From an uncultured bacterium (lineage in GTDB: Bacteria > Patescibacteriota > Saccharimonadia > Saccharimonadales > 2-12-FULL-41-12), in NCBI GenBank assembly GCA_963834265.1, contig CAWIAU010000003.1:76475-140474 (forward strand): DNA of 64,000 nucleotides. The letters run 5' to 3'. Position numbers and translations under genes: made by a program. Under the pieces are notes generated by a model that saw only the letters and a program-made list of their open reading frames with translations, made no database searches and was not told the origin of the DNA. Shown here in pieces: positions 45,757 to 57,318 of the stretch; the stretch's first letter is position 1, and each line of letters begins with the position of its first letter.

Positions 45757-46905
45757 GTGAAATCAATATACTTAGATTATGCAGCGGCTACTCCGCCGGA
45801 CAAACGTGTGGTCGCAGCTATGGAGCCGTATTTCAGAGATCATTTTTATAATCCTTCGGCTACATATAGTCCGGCCAGAGCCGTACTAACTGATTTGAAT
45901 CAGGCCCGTGCTAGTATTTCTCATCATCTTGGAGCTCATGCGAACGAGATTATCTTTACCTCGGGCGGTACAGAAGCAAATAATCTGGCTGTTAACGGAG
46001 TTATGACACGGTATCCGGGTAAACAGGTACTGATATCTGCTATTGAACACGAATCTGTTCTGGCACCGGCAGGTGTATATAACCACCAGCTTCTGTCCGT
46101 AGATAAGCAAGGCTTATTGGATCTTGAAAAATTACAGAAAAATATCAATGACCAGACGGTGTTGATCAGTGTCATGCAGGCTAATAATGAGATCGGGGTG
46201 TTGCAGCCCCTGACAAAAATTGCGGGTATTATCAAAACAGTACGCACTGACCGACAGAGGCGCAAGATTGACTTACCCCTCTATTTTCATACTGACGCGA
46301 CTCAGGCCGCAAATTATCTTGATCTGCATGTACACCGGTTGGGTGTAGATATGATGACTTTGAACGGCGGCAAAATATACGGACCTAAGGGTGCAGGAGC
46401 TTTATTTGCGCACTCCGGGGTAACTCTTTCTGCGCAAATATCAGGCGGGGGACAGCAGAGGAATATCCGTAGCGGCACAGAGAATGTGGCTGGTGTGATT
46501 GGCCTGGCAATGGCTCTGGATATAGCTCAGAACATGCGCGTGGAGGAGTCAAAAAGACTAACCGGGCTGCGAAATTATATGATAAAACATCTTGAAAATC
46601 TGATTCCGGATATTATTATAAATGGTTCGCAGAAACATCGCCTGCCAAACAATGTTCATATTACGATTCCGGGCAACGACAATGAACGTATTCTGATGCT
46701 ATTAGACGCCAGGGGCATATACGCGGCAGCTGGTTCGGCCTGTAGCGCGATTACACAAGCTTCTTCTCCCGTGCTGAAAGCAATTGGCCTGAGCGAAGAG
46801 GCTGCCCGCAGTTCGCTTCGCTTCACTATGGGTCGCTCAACCCGTCAGACAGATATTAAATATATTGTGGAGACTCTGGCAGGCTTGCTTAAATCAAACC
46901 CCTGA
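45757..46905 (+). CDS. cysteine desulfurase (class V aminotransferase, NifS/IscS-like)
   Basis: 382 aa with a GTG start. Motifs TSGGTEANN, HTDATQA, a PLP-Lys region LNGGKIYGPKG, and the active-site loop AAGSACS. Confidence 0.85.
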   Translation: MKSIYLDYAAATPPDKRVVAAMEPYFRDHFYNPSATYSPARAVLTDLNQARASISHHLGAHANEIIFTSGGTEANNLAVNGVMTRYPGKQVLISAIEHESVLAPAGVYNHQLLSVDKQGLLDLEKLQKNINDQTVLISVMQANNEIGVLQPLTKIAGIIKTVRTDRQRRKIDLPLYFHTDATQAANYLDLHVHRLGVDMMTLNGGKIYGPKGAGALFAHSGVTLSAQISGGGQQRNIRSGTENVAGVIGLAMALDIAQNMRVEESKRLTGLRNYMIKHLENLIPDIIINGSQKHRLPNNVHITIPGNDNERILMLLDARGIYAAAGSACSAITQASSPVLKAIGLSEEAARSSLRFTMGRSTRQTDIKYIVETLAGLLKSNP

Positions 46906-46950
46906 CGCTATACTTGACTGAGATAAGTTAAAGTTATGTCAAAAATATAA

Positions 46951-47787
46951 ATGTTTACGTTCTACAAACAATTATTTTCCCGTTTACCGGCTTTGGCGGT
47001 TCTGGGATTTATGATGATATTAATTATTGCCGTACCCCTGTCTGCCCAATCAGTAACCGAGGGTTATAATTCCGATGAACCCGTACAAAGGGGAATGCTG
47101 GTTGCTATCAAAAAAGATGACGCCAGAAAGGTAGAGGCTATTACCAGTAGCTCACTGGACCGTCTGAAAGGCGTTGTTATCCAGCCAAGTGATTCGCCGG
47201 TAACGCTGAGTCAGGATGATCAGAAAATCTTTGTGGCCACCTCGGGTACCTATGAAACCCTGGTTAGTGATCAGAATGGTCCGATCAAACAAGGCGACTA
47301 TATAAGTATCTCGCCTCTGGCCGGAATCGGGATGAAGGCTACCGATACACAGAGTCTGATATTAGGACGGGCAACAGCAGAGTTCAAGGGTCAGGAAGAC
47401 TCAATCGGCTCCAGTCCGGCCAGCGGAGGTAGCAAACAGGAAGTTTACTTCGGCAGAATTCAGGTCAGTATCTCGATTAACCGCAATCCGCTACTCAAAG
47501 CGGCAGATAACCCCAAAGTTCCTAAAATCTTAGAGCGTATCAGCCAGACGGTCGCTAATAAGCCGCTCAGCACTACCAGAATTTATCTTGCTACGACAAT
47601 ATTCTTTGCAGCTGCAATTATTGCCGGAATTATGCTCTATAGCGGAGCTCGAAACGCTCTTATTTCTATTGGTCGTAATCCCACTGCCAAAAAGACTATT
47701 CTGCGTGGTTTGATCCAGGTTGTGATATTGAGCATAATCGTTTTCATAATTGGCATTTTTGGGGTATATTTACTACTGAAACTATAA
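46951..47787 (+). CDS. signal-peptide protein with an ectodomain and a C-terminal two-helix hairpin resembling ATP synthase subunit c
   Basis: 278 aa. Signal peptide ending PLSAQS. The C-terminal hairpin is IYLATTIFFAAAIIAGIMLYSGARNALISIGRNP-TAKK-TILRGLIQVVILSIIVFIIGIFGVYLLL. Its loop GRNP compares with c-subunit ARQP/ARNP. There is no Asp or Glu in helix 2. Confidence 0.45.
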   Translation: MFTFYKQLFSRLPALAVLGFMMILIIAVPLSAQSVTEGYNSDEPVQRGMLVAIKKDDARKVEAITSSSLDRLKGVVIQPSDSPVTLSQDDQKIFVATSGTYETLVSDQNGPIKQGDYISISPLAGIGMKATDTQSLILGRATAEFKGQEDSIGSSPASGGSKQEVYFGRIQVSISINRNPLLKAADNPKVPKILERISQTVANKPLSTTRIYLATTIFFAAAIIAGIMLYSGARNALISIGRNPTAKKTILRGLIQVVILSIIVFIIGIFGVYLLLKL

Positions 47788-47815
47788 GCATTATGTACGG
47801 TGGGAGAATTCTAAA

Positions 47816-48442
47816 ATGCAGAACTGGCTAAGCACGATTCTGATTGTCGGGTCGCTGTTATCTGTTTGTCTGGCTTTTATTTGGGTGGCAGTACGGCTGG
47901 GTACCGGTAGCAGTAACAAAAATAATAATAAGGTCGAAAACTATGACGCAACGGCCCTCCAGGATGTGGAACATATTTTTAACGATGAATTCCGTGAGGA
48001 GCTCAGGAACCGTGGCCGGTTGCACTTCGAAAAAATAATTGGCGAAAATGCCATGTTCCTGCAGCAGGACCTGAGACTGACGACATCTCAGATAAACGAG
48101 TACATGAAACAGGAGATTACCAAGACGCTACAGGAAGCATTTGTGAAGTATGAAGAGTCGATTACCGATGCTAAGCAATTAGCTTTGGATTCTATCCAGA
48201 AAACACAGGTAGCCATCGAACAGCAACGTGAGCTCATGGGTGAGCAACTGGAGCGCGAAATCGCCAACGAAAAACAGCGTACACTTGAGCGTTTTCAAAA
48301 CAATATGGCCGGTATCGTGAATCATTATGTGCTGGAGGCAGTTGGTAATCAGATAAGTCTTGAGGATCAATTGGAATACATACTGGCTGAGATGGAGCGT
48401 AATAAGGCAGCGATCATAGAGGATATGCATGTCGGAGCCTGA
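47816..48442 (+). CDS. atpF: ATP synthase subunit b-like (N-terminal TM helix plus long coiled coil)
   Basis: 208 aa. One TM helix followed by a charged helical region. Its position upstream of the delta/alpha genes supports the call. Confidence 0.55.
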   Translation: MQNWLSTILIVGSLLSVCLAFIWVAVRLGTGSSNKNNNKVENYDATALQDVEHIFNDEFREELRNRGRLHFEKIIGENAMFLQQDLRLTTSQINEYMKQEITKTLQEAFVKYEESITDAKQLALDSIQKTQVAIEQQRELMGEQLEREIANEKQRTLERFQNNMAGIVNHYVLEAVGNQISLEDQLEYILAEMERNKAAIIEDMHVGA

Positions 48443-49046
48443 AGTACCTGCGGTTGCTGCGTCTGGTGCTGTAAACGGAAAATCAGAACCATTAACTGCC
48501 AGATCCGTAAAGACTCTGGTCCTGCCCGAGAGCCTGATAAGCTCTGTTGATCTGCACAGAACAATGCGTGAACTTCTGGCACTGGATGATTTACTGCATC
48601 AGGCTGATGTTCGTGCTCCGGGAGTACCGGTTAATCTGGGACGGTCCAGCCAGGTGCTGGAAGACCTGACGACAGCGAACGGAGTATCATTACCGGATGC
48701 TCCGCAGAGAGGTGAATTACTTGAAGCCATGAAATCATTAACGAATAATGCGCCGGTTATCCATATGAGTTTCGCTGTTGAACCTTCTGCTATTGTCAGC
48801 AGCCGGATAATTATCTGGTTGCGGCAAAATATTGATCCTCTGGTACTGCTGGAGATTGGCTTGCAACCCCTACTGGCTGTCGGATGTATGTTGCGCACTA
48901 ACAATAAAATGTTTGATATGAGCCTGCGCCATCGTTTTCAGGAACAGCGCCATATACTCAGAGAAAAAATTGCTGAACAGTCAGATGGTCCTGCTTCTGT
49001 TGTAACAGCAGTCTCTTCTTCGTCAAACGAGGTGACACCATCATGA
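48429..49046 (+). CDS. atpH: ATP synthase subunit delta (OSCP)-like
   Basis: 205 aa. The C-terminal part ([28 protein letters not shown]) parallels the delta-subunit motif DPSLIGG..V..GD...D.S. It overlaps both neighbouring genes. Confidence 0.5.
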   Translation: MSEPEVPAVAASGAVNGKSEPLTARSVKTLVLPESLISSVDLHRTMRELLALDDLLHQADVRAPGVPVNLGRSSQVLEDLTTANGVSLPDAPQRGELLEAMKSLTNNAPVIHMSFAVEPSAIVSSRIIIWLRQNIDPLVLLEIGLQPLLAVGCMLRTNNKMFDMSLRHRFQEQRHILREKIAEQSDGPASVVTAVSSSSNEVTPS

Positions 49047-50466
49047 ACTCCAACCAGCATTTTGATAAATTAGTAGCCGGCGGCCAGCCGGTCGGAGAGG
49101 TTATAGCTGTTGATAAGTTTCTTGTAAAGATCAAAGGGCTCCACCCGGTTAGTGTCCATGCTCTGATTATGTTCGACGACGGTAGCAAAGGCTTTGTGCA
49201 GGAAGTAACCGAAGAGTATATCTCTGTACTTCATCTCGGAGCCACCTCAGTAGTCGTCGGGATGATTGCCGTCGTACAGCATCAGGAACTGGTCTGTAAA
49301 GTTGGTAAGGATTTTATTGGCCGGGTCATATCAGTCAGTGGCGAACCGCTGGATGGCAAGGGACCAATTGCCGCCGATGACACCTGGACAGTTTTCAATA
49401 TGGCCCCCCCACTGTATACGCGCCGGTTGCTGGAAACACAACTGGAAAGCGGAGTAACAGCTATTGATGCTATCTTCCCGGTAGTGCGTGGCCAGCGTAT
49501 CGCTATTTTGGGCGACGGCAAATCCGGTAAGAGTACACTGGCAACTCAGCTGACGATCAATCAGAAAAATACCGATCAGGTTGTTGTTTACTGCTTAATT
49601 GCCAAGCGCCGCAGCGATATTGATGACCTGTTATCTAAACTTGAAGCCACGGGTTCCCTCAAAACCGCTGTGGTCATTGTATCTACAATGTTCGAATCAT
49701 TGGTTACCAGCTACCTTGCGCCATATGTTGCCTGCTCTATGGCAGAGTATTTCTGGCAAAAATGCGATCAGGATACAATTATTATCTACGACGATCTGAC
49801 ATCTCATGCCCATACATTGCGTGAAATGGCGCTTCTCAGTGGAACCAGTCCGGGCCGGGACTCTTATCCGGGTGATATGTTTTATGCTCATTCCAGTCTG
49901 CTCGAACGTGCCGGGAGATTGGAACGAAATGGTAAATGTCTGACTTCTATTCCCGTTGTGCATGCGGCAAACGGTGACATTACAGCTTATCTCCCGACTA
50001 ATATTATGTCGATCACTGACGGGCAATGGATACTGGATATGGATCTCTTCCGTGGAGGTATACGACCAGCACTGAATACAGGGCTCAGCGTTACCCGTAT
50101 TGGTGGCGTAGGACATAACAAACGCCAGAAGGGGCTGGCTGCCGCTACGCTCAAAACTCTCGCAGCCTACCGTGAGGCCGAAGAATTCTCACACTTCGGA
50201 TCAGAGTTGGCTCTGGAATCCAAGATTGTGCTGGAAAAAGGTAAGAATATTTTTAAGATTATGAACCAGGGACCATCGGACATACACTCGTTGTACGAAC
50301 AGCAGTTGATGATGGATATTGTTCTGAATGCAGAAGGTGAGTCAAAACTGGATGTCGATACTCTCAAAACAAATGTGGCTGTTTTTGCCGCAAAAATCCA
50401 GAAAGACGAGGATTATGACTCGATACGCGATGAATTGAAAGCCAAATCTCAGGTGGAGCTCAAAAA

Positions 50467-50470
<4 letters not shown>
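49043..50470 (+). CDS. atpA: F1 ATP synthase subunit alpha (divergent, short)
   Basis: 475 aa. The P-loop GDGKSGKS replaces canonical GDRQTGKT. Also [31 protein letters not shown] and SITDGQW. Confidence 0.85.
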
Positions 50471-52637
<2,167 letters not shown>

Positions 52638-52644
52638 GGCGTCT

Positions 52645-52998
52645 ATGGCAGATGAGCAAATTGTAGCCGAACAGACAGACAAGCCATCTGATTCGCTTCC
52701 TGAAAAAAAGGGTAGCGGTAATAAAAAAGAAGTCAAAAAAGTACTGGACGGATCCAAAATCCACATCAAGCTTTTCTCACCATATAAAGTTTATTTTGAC
52801 GATGACGCCAAAAGTATTTCAGCAGAGAATGATACCGGTCCATTCGATATCCTGCCACGTCACCATAACTTTATTACGCTCGTAAATCCCTGCGAGATAC
52901 TTATAAAAACTATGGATGATAAAGAAAAACGCATTCGAATTTCAAAAGCAGTTATGCATGTAAGGCATAATATAATAACTGTATTTTTAGACGTATGA
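52645..52998 (+). CDS. atpC: F1 ATP synthase subunit epsilon
   Basis: 117 aa. The N-terminal beta-sandwich pattern (ISAENDTGPFDILPRHHNFITLV) parallels epsilon (G.GILP.H.P.I). Its position after atpD supports the call. Confidence 0.7.
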   Translation: MADEQIVAEQTDKPSDSLPEKKGSGNKKEVKKVLDGSKIHIKLFSPYKVYFDDDAKSISAENDTGPFDILPRHHNFITLVNPCEILIKTMDDKEKRIRISKAVMHVRHNIITVFLDV

Positions 52999-53110
52999 AT
53001 TTGTTCAAACATAAAAACCAAACTTCAATAATCAAATAAACTCCAAGCTTCAATTTCCAAAATCCTCTTAAACCTTGAACTTTGAACTTTGATATTTGAA
53101 TTTTGTGGTA

Positions 53111-54127
53111 TCAGTCTATGGCGATATAATCGAATGCAAAGCTACCGCTGACTGCGCCTGCTGCGCAAATACTGAAATTGGTTGCTGTGCGATTGACGTA
53201 ATAATTAATGGCTGCCCCTGCCGGGCCAATTGGCGTGATAACGACATGCGGGACAGCGTTGAATCGCTGGGTAAAGTTAACGGTTACAAAGCAGCCATTA
53301 CCTGCCCCCCCGCCGGCATTGATATTGACCGTTCCTGCTGTATCGGTGCCGCTGAGCGATGCTGTACCTCCTCCTCCCAGCGCATTACCGTTCGTAAATC
53401 CGGGTGTACTTCCTCCGGCATCAATATGCCGGTTAAGCTGAATGTCGCGGTTGACCTGCAGATTTTCGATAGTGAACTGAGCCGCCGACAATGTACCGGC
53501 AAAACTTGTCGGTCCGCTGACACTGAGTCCTTTCAAAACTGTTAACTGACCTTGAACAGTAGTGTTACCCGAAATTTCCAGATTTTTTAGCTGAACCTGA
53601 TCGAAGTTACTCGTACCGGAAACAGTAATCCCAGGGAGGTTCAACGGGCCGCCGATTTTCAGTTGGCCGGCAACTTCTAGGCCATCTCTTATCAGTACTT
53701 TCCCGTCGAATATAGCATTTGATTGAATATTAAGTATCTGTTTGGGGTCGCCAACACGGACATCGCTGGATTTAAGCTTATCAAGTGCTTCCTGGCTGAG
53801 TGGTTCTGTCGTTATAGTATCCTGGCTTATTGGTGCATCGCGGGAGCGTATGTAGCCTACCACCGATACAACAACTGATATAACTACCATTAATAGAAAC
53901 AAAAGAAGATAGATGTTGAAACGGCCGCCGACACTTGTGATCGAAAACTTTTTTCGCTTAGGCTTTTTGGATTTATCATCGTCTGTGTTTTTTCCTGCTT
54001 CTCCTGTAGCATCCTGAATATCGGTTCCACTGGGGGCACCATCTTCTACGGTTGTGGTTCGTGCTTCAAGAGAATCAACACCTGTTTCCAGTTCGTTTTG
54101 TTCGTCTGTTTTTTCCTTTTCCACCAA
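53111..54127 (-). CDS. membrane-anchored surface protein with a beta-helix-like repeat region and a lectin/tail-fibre-like C-terminal domain
   Basis: 338 aa. Acidic cytoplasmic N-terminus, a TM helix (IYLLLFLLMVVISVVVSVVGY), then repetitive G/T/N-rich beta-strand segments. The C-terminal VNFTQRFNAVPHVVITPIG...NRTATNFSICAAG...FDYIAI is reminiscent of H-type lectin / phage fibre tips. Confidence 0.5.
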   Translation of the reverse strand: MVEKEKTDEQNELETGVDSLEARTTTVEDGAPSGTDIQDATGEAGKNTDDDKSKKPKRKKFSITSVGGRFNIYLLLFLLMVVISVVVSVVGYIRSRDAPISQDTITTEPLSQEALDKLKSSDVRVGDPKQILNIQSNAIFDGKVLIRDGLEVAGQLKIGGPLNLPGITVSGTSNFDQVQLKNLEISGNTTVQGQLTVLKGLSVSGPTSFAGTLSAAQFTIENLQVNRDIQLNRHIDAGGSTPGFTNGNALGGGGTASLSGTDTAGTVNINAGGGAGNGCFVTVNFTQRFNAVPHVVITPIGPAGAAINYYVNRTATNFSICAAGAVSGSFAFDYIAID

Positions 54128-54277
54128 AAACCCCTATCTGAAAAGTCCTATTAGAGATATCATATATCATCCGGCACAAAAGCGTAAGAGCTATCGCCGC
54201 AGAGCTGAAATATATGTGTGCTCTCAACCATAGTATTTTTTTAACACTCTGTCATAATACGAAGCCAGAGGACGTCT

Positions 54278-54961
54278 ATGTCACACTATTACCGCGAACA
54301 CAGTTTCCATAAAAAAAGCCGGTTCTTGCAGCGCTTCCGGATTTTTATAATCCTGTGTGTGGTGCTGGTTATCGCAGCCGGCGGCTTTTTACTGGTTGAT
54401 TCTATTATTTTGAAACGCAAAACAGTCATTCCGTCCAAACCTACTACCGAAACAAAAGCAGCAATAGTAAGCAGTATAGATATTTTCAAGACACAGCATT
54501 TTCAATTTCAGGCCAGTAAAAAATGGATTTTTGTTGCTAATGAGTCTACAGACACCAAATTCGTATATCGTTATCTTAGAGAAACCCTTGTAGAACACGC
54601 ACTTACGATTTATGTTAATGATCCGAGCGAAAAAGACAGTGCCTCCCGATTATTATTGGTGAGCCAGACCGAAGCTTCTCTGAAGGCCGGCGAGCTATCG
54701 GAACATTGTAAGACCCTCCTGCCCAAGGATGCCCGCAATGTTAAGCAGCAGGCTAACTTCAAAGGAGCAACGTTTATGTGTACCCCCGATAGCCAGGAAT
54801 ATTCTATTGTTCTTGGTATGAACGGCCAGGATGCCTCCGCTTTGAGGCTTAAGCGTCCTGACGGAAGCGATGTCACGTACAGTATTGTGTACCAGAATCT
54901 GACTATTAGTCCGAATACAAGGGAAATATATGATATAGCAGGATCTTTTCAGGTTCGTTAG
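54278..54961 (+). CDS. hypothetical membrane-anchored protein
   Basis: 227 aa. Basic N-terminus, one TM helix (IFIILCVVLVIAAGGFLLV), and an ectodomain. Confidence 0.5.
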   Translation: MSHYYREHSFHKKSRFLQRFRIFIILCVVLVIAAGGFLLVDSIILKRKTVIPSKPTTETKAAIVSSIDIFKTQHFQFQASKKWIFVANESTDTKFVYRYLRETLVEHALTIYVNDPSEKDSASRLLLVSQTEASLKAGELSEHCKTLLPKDARNVKQQANFKGATFMCTPDSQEYSIVLGMNGQDASALRLKRPDGSDVTYSIVYQNLTISPNTREIYDIAGSFQVR

Positions 54962-55002
54962 AGTCTCTGTGATAGTGATTATGTTATGATTTACTTAATT
55001 AT

Positions 55003-55782
55003 ATGGAGATAAAAAATAGATTTAAACTAGCGGTAATAATGGTATTAATGCTTGGGGTCGTCCAGCCGGTGTTTGCCCAGTCTTCTTCGACAAACTATAA
55101 AGTCGAAGAAGCATACTTCGGGATAGGAGGTGAGCTCGAAGCATCATCGCCTGCCTATAAAGCCCGCCAGGCTGCAGGTAGTCTGGCTGCCGGAGCGACC
55201 TCCAGTGTAAATTATGATGCTGTTGCCGGCTTTGTGACGGCTGAAACACCGTTTCTTGAGATGGCAGTTTCCGGAGCCAGTGTAAATCTGGGAGTCCTGT
55301 CCTCAACCACAACAGCTACTTTCGGTGCAGCCGCAGGAGGACCTTGCAGCTGTTCATTCACCGTTAGGACTTACCTGTCATCGCAATATGTGGTCGTAAC
55401 GATGAGTCCGCCACCTACCAGTGAAGGAGGGGGAGTACTTGATGCCAAGAGCACTCAAGGGGTTCCATCAACCAGTTCTAATGTTGAAGAGTTCGGTATC
55501 AATCTCAGGGCTAATGTCACTGCCCCTACTATTGGTGGTGCCAATCCACTTAATTCTCCGGATAATACCTTTGCCGATGGAACCGCCGCGACAGGCTATA
55601 ATACGGTTGACCAGTTCAAGTACGGTACAGGAGAAACTATTGCTCGTTCAGCTCTGACAGCTACGAACCCGGCTATAGGACAGACAAACTACACGATTAG
55701 CTATATTGCCAAGCGTAAAGTTCTGACAGAAGCCGGCACATTTGTAATGAAACACGACCTGCTCGCGGTTGCTACATATTAG
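55003..55782 (+). CDS. secreted protein, short member of the paralog family (ends ...LLAVATY)
   Basis: 259 aa. Signal peptide ending PVFAQ. It shares EFGINLRAN and the C-terminal hydrophobic/aromatic strand with the three downstream genes. Confidence 0.65.
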   Translation: MEIKNRFKLAVIMVLMLGVVQPVFAQSSSTNYKVEEAYFGIGGELEASSPAYKARQAAGSLAAGATSSVNYDAVAGFVTAETPFLEMAVSGASVNLGVLSSTTTATFGAAAGGPCSCSFTVRTYLSSQYVVVTMSPPPTSEGGGVLDAKSTQGVPSTSSNVEEFGINLRANVTAPTIGGANPLNSPDNTFADGTAATGYNTVDQFKYGTGETIARSALTATNPAIGQTNYTISYIAKRKVLTEAGTFVMKHDLLAVATY

Positions 55783-55812
55783 AACGATTTCAATATAACT
55801 GTGGAAAAGTGC

Positions 55813-55842
55813 TTGCGCTATTTGAACTGCGCATGATATAAC
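55813..55842 (+). promoter_or_regulatory. promoter with an extended -10 (TTGCGC-N18-TATAAC, TGA upstream of -10)
   Basis: Read directly. A near-identical arrangement occurs upstream of the tandem paralog at 57233..57262. Confidence 0.45.
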
Positions 55843-55905
55843 TCAAAGCGTTAATCTATAAAAACCGAAAAACCGGTTCAAAAACAAAAACAAAAAGGAC
55901 AACAA

Positions 55906-57144
55906 ATGAAAAACATATCGTTACTATCAGTGCGGCAAAGAGCGACTGCCGCAATAATCGCCGTGGCATTTGCCGTGGCAATTGTTCTGCCGGTTATTAT
56001 CGGCACTTCGTCTGTGTCGGCATTGCCGCTTACAGAACGTAAAATAACTATCGGCAGTTCTGAAGCCGGCAGAGATGACACTATATACACTGCAAACTTC
56101 AAACCGGGTACTACCGGAGCAGTTCTCGGTTTTGTAATAGAGTTTTGTGATAACAGCCCGCTGATCGGACAGTCCTGTACGGCTCCGGCTGGTCTTGATA
56201 CCAACGAAGCAACTATTACCGTAACAGGCTGGACTGTAGACGCTGCCACTGATGCCAACACTTTGATAATCACCAGAGGTGCAGGTACCTACACTGCCGG
56301 CGTGGCCGAAACGATTACCCTGGGTACAGGTGCCGCGAACAACGGTATTGATAACCCAAGTGCTACAGGCAGCTATTACGCCCGCTTACTGTCTTATACG
56401 ACAGCTGCCGGCGCACAGGGTTACACCGATACAGCTCCTAACTCCCCCGTAGACAGTGGTGGTGTTGCCCTCAGCACTGCCAACCAGCTGACTATTACAG
56501 CCCAGGTTCAGGAACAGTTAACATTCTGTGTCGGCACTATCAACGGAGCTGCCCCTGCTGACTGCACCGGTCTGACCGGTACTGCCGTAAACCTCGGAAC
56601 AATTAACTCAGGAACTGCAAGTATATCTCCGGTTCTCGCAACAAGTGGTGGTAACAATGTTAACGGAGCAGCTATGGTTAGTACCAATGCGGCCTTCGGT
56701 GTAGTTGTAACTTACTACGCAGAACAAGGTGCCGGCACGAACCATCAGGGTGCCCTGCGTGTATCCGGCGCAACATGTAATGCCGGTGTGATTCAGACTG
56801 ATCCCTGTTTCCGTTCACCCGCTTCCCAGACAGCCTTTGACGGTGCCTCACCTGCTGAGAACTTCGGCCTGACCGTGTCGACAATAGATACCTCCAGCGG
56901 TACAACTACCAATCTGGCCCGTGATACGAATTACGACGGCGACGGTACGTCTGCCCAGGGCTTTGCCTGGAGAGAAGACGGCCTGACCGATACGCTGGCC
57001 AGCTCAGCCGCCGGTGCACTGCCTGAAAACCGTGTAACCGACGAAGAAATGTTACTGCTTCGATTTGCTGCCCGGACTGCCGCTACCACCCCAACCGGTG
57101 TGTACACAGTTACCAGCACCTACATAGCAACTTCAACTTTTTAG
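55906..57144 (+). CDS. secreted surface protein, paralog B1 (ends ...YTVTSTYIATSTF)
   Basis: 412 aa with an N-terminal signal/anchor. Conserved R-K-I-T-I-G-S-S, FC.NSPLIGQ.C.AP, and LTITAQVQEQLTFCVGT...VNLGTI. Confidence 0.7.
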   Translation: MKNISLLSVRQRATAAIIAVAFAVAIVLPVIIGTSSVSALPLTERKITIGSSEAGRDDTIYTANFKPGTTGAVLGFVIEFCDNSPLIGQSCTAPAGLDTNEATITVTGWTVDAATDANTLIITRGAGTYTAGVAETITLGTGAANNGIDNPSATGSYYARLLSYTTAAGAQGYTDTAPNSPVDSGGVALSTANQLTITAQVQEQLTFCVGTINGAAPADCTGLTGTAVNLGTINSGTASISPVLATSGGNNVNGAAMVSTNAAFGVVVTYYAEQGAGTNHQGALRVSGATCNAGVIQTDPCFRSPASQTAFDGASPAENFGLTVSTIDTSSGTTTNLARDTNYDGDGTSAQGFAWREDGLTDTLASSAAGALPENRVTDEEMLLLRFAARTAATTPTGVYTVTSTYIATSTF

Positions 57145-57174
57145 CAAGCTGACAACATATGTTTCTCCTAGTCA

Positions 57175-57206
57175 ACCGGCACTACTTAACCGTAGTGCCG
57201 GTTTTT
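57175..57206 (+). terminator. rho-independent terminator between the tandem paralogs
   Basis: CCGGCACTAC stem, TTAACC loop, GTAGTGCCGG, followed by TTTTTTG. Confidence 0.8.
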
Positions 57207-57232
57207 TGTATTACAAAATTTTATAAATGCTA

Positions 57233-57262
57233 TTGCATTATATAAATCCTGCATGGTATAAC
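57233..57262 (+). promoter_or_regulatory. promoter with an extended -10 (TTGCAT-N18-TATAAC, TGG upstream of -10)
   Basis: Read directly. Parallels 55813..55842. Confidence 0.45.
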
Positions 57263-57318
57263 TGCATTAGTAATATACATATGCTTAAAAAGTTGGTAGA
57301 AACAAAGAGGGGAACATA

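Noticed and set aside
53096-53545. 149-aa Cys-rich plus-strand ORF
   Set aside because: It is antisense to a longer ORF that has a coherent architecture (charged N-terminus, TM helix, repeat ectodomain). Its Cys/Arg-rich composition is typical of an antisense frame of a Gly/Thr/Ala-rich gene.
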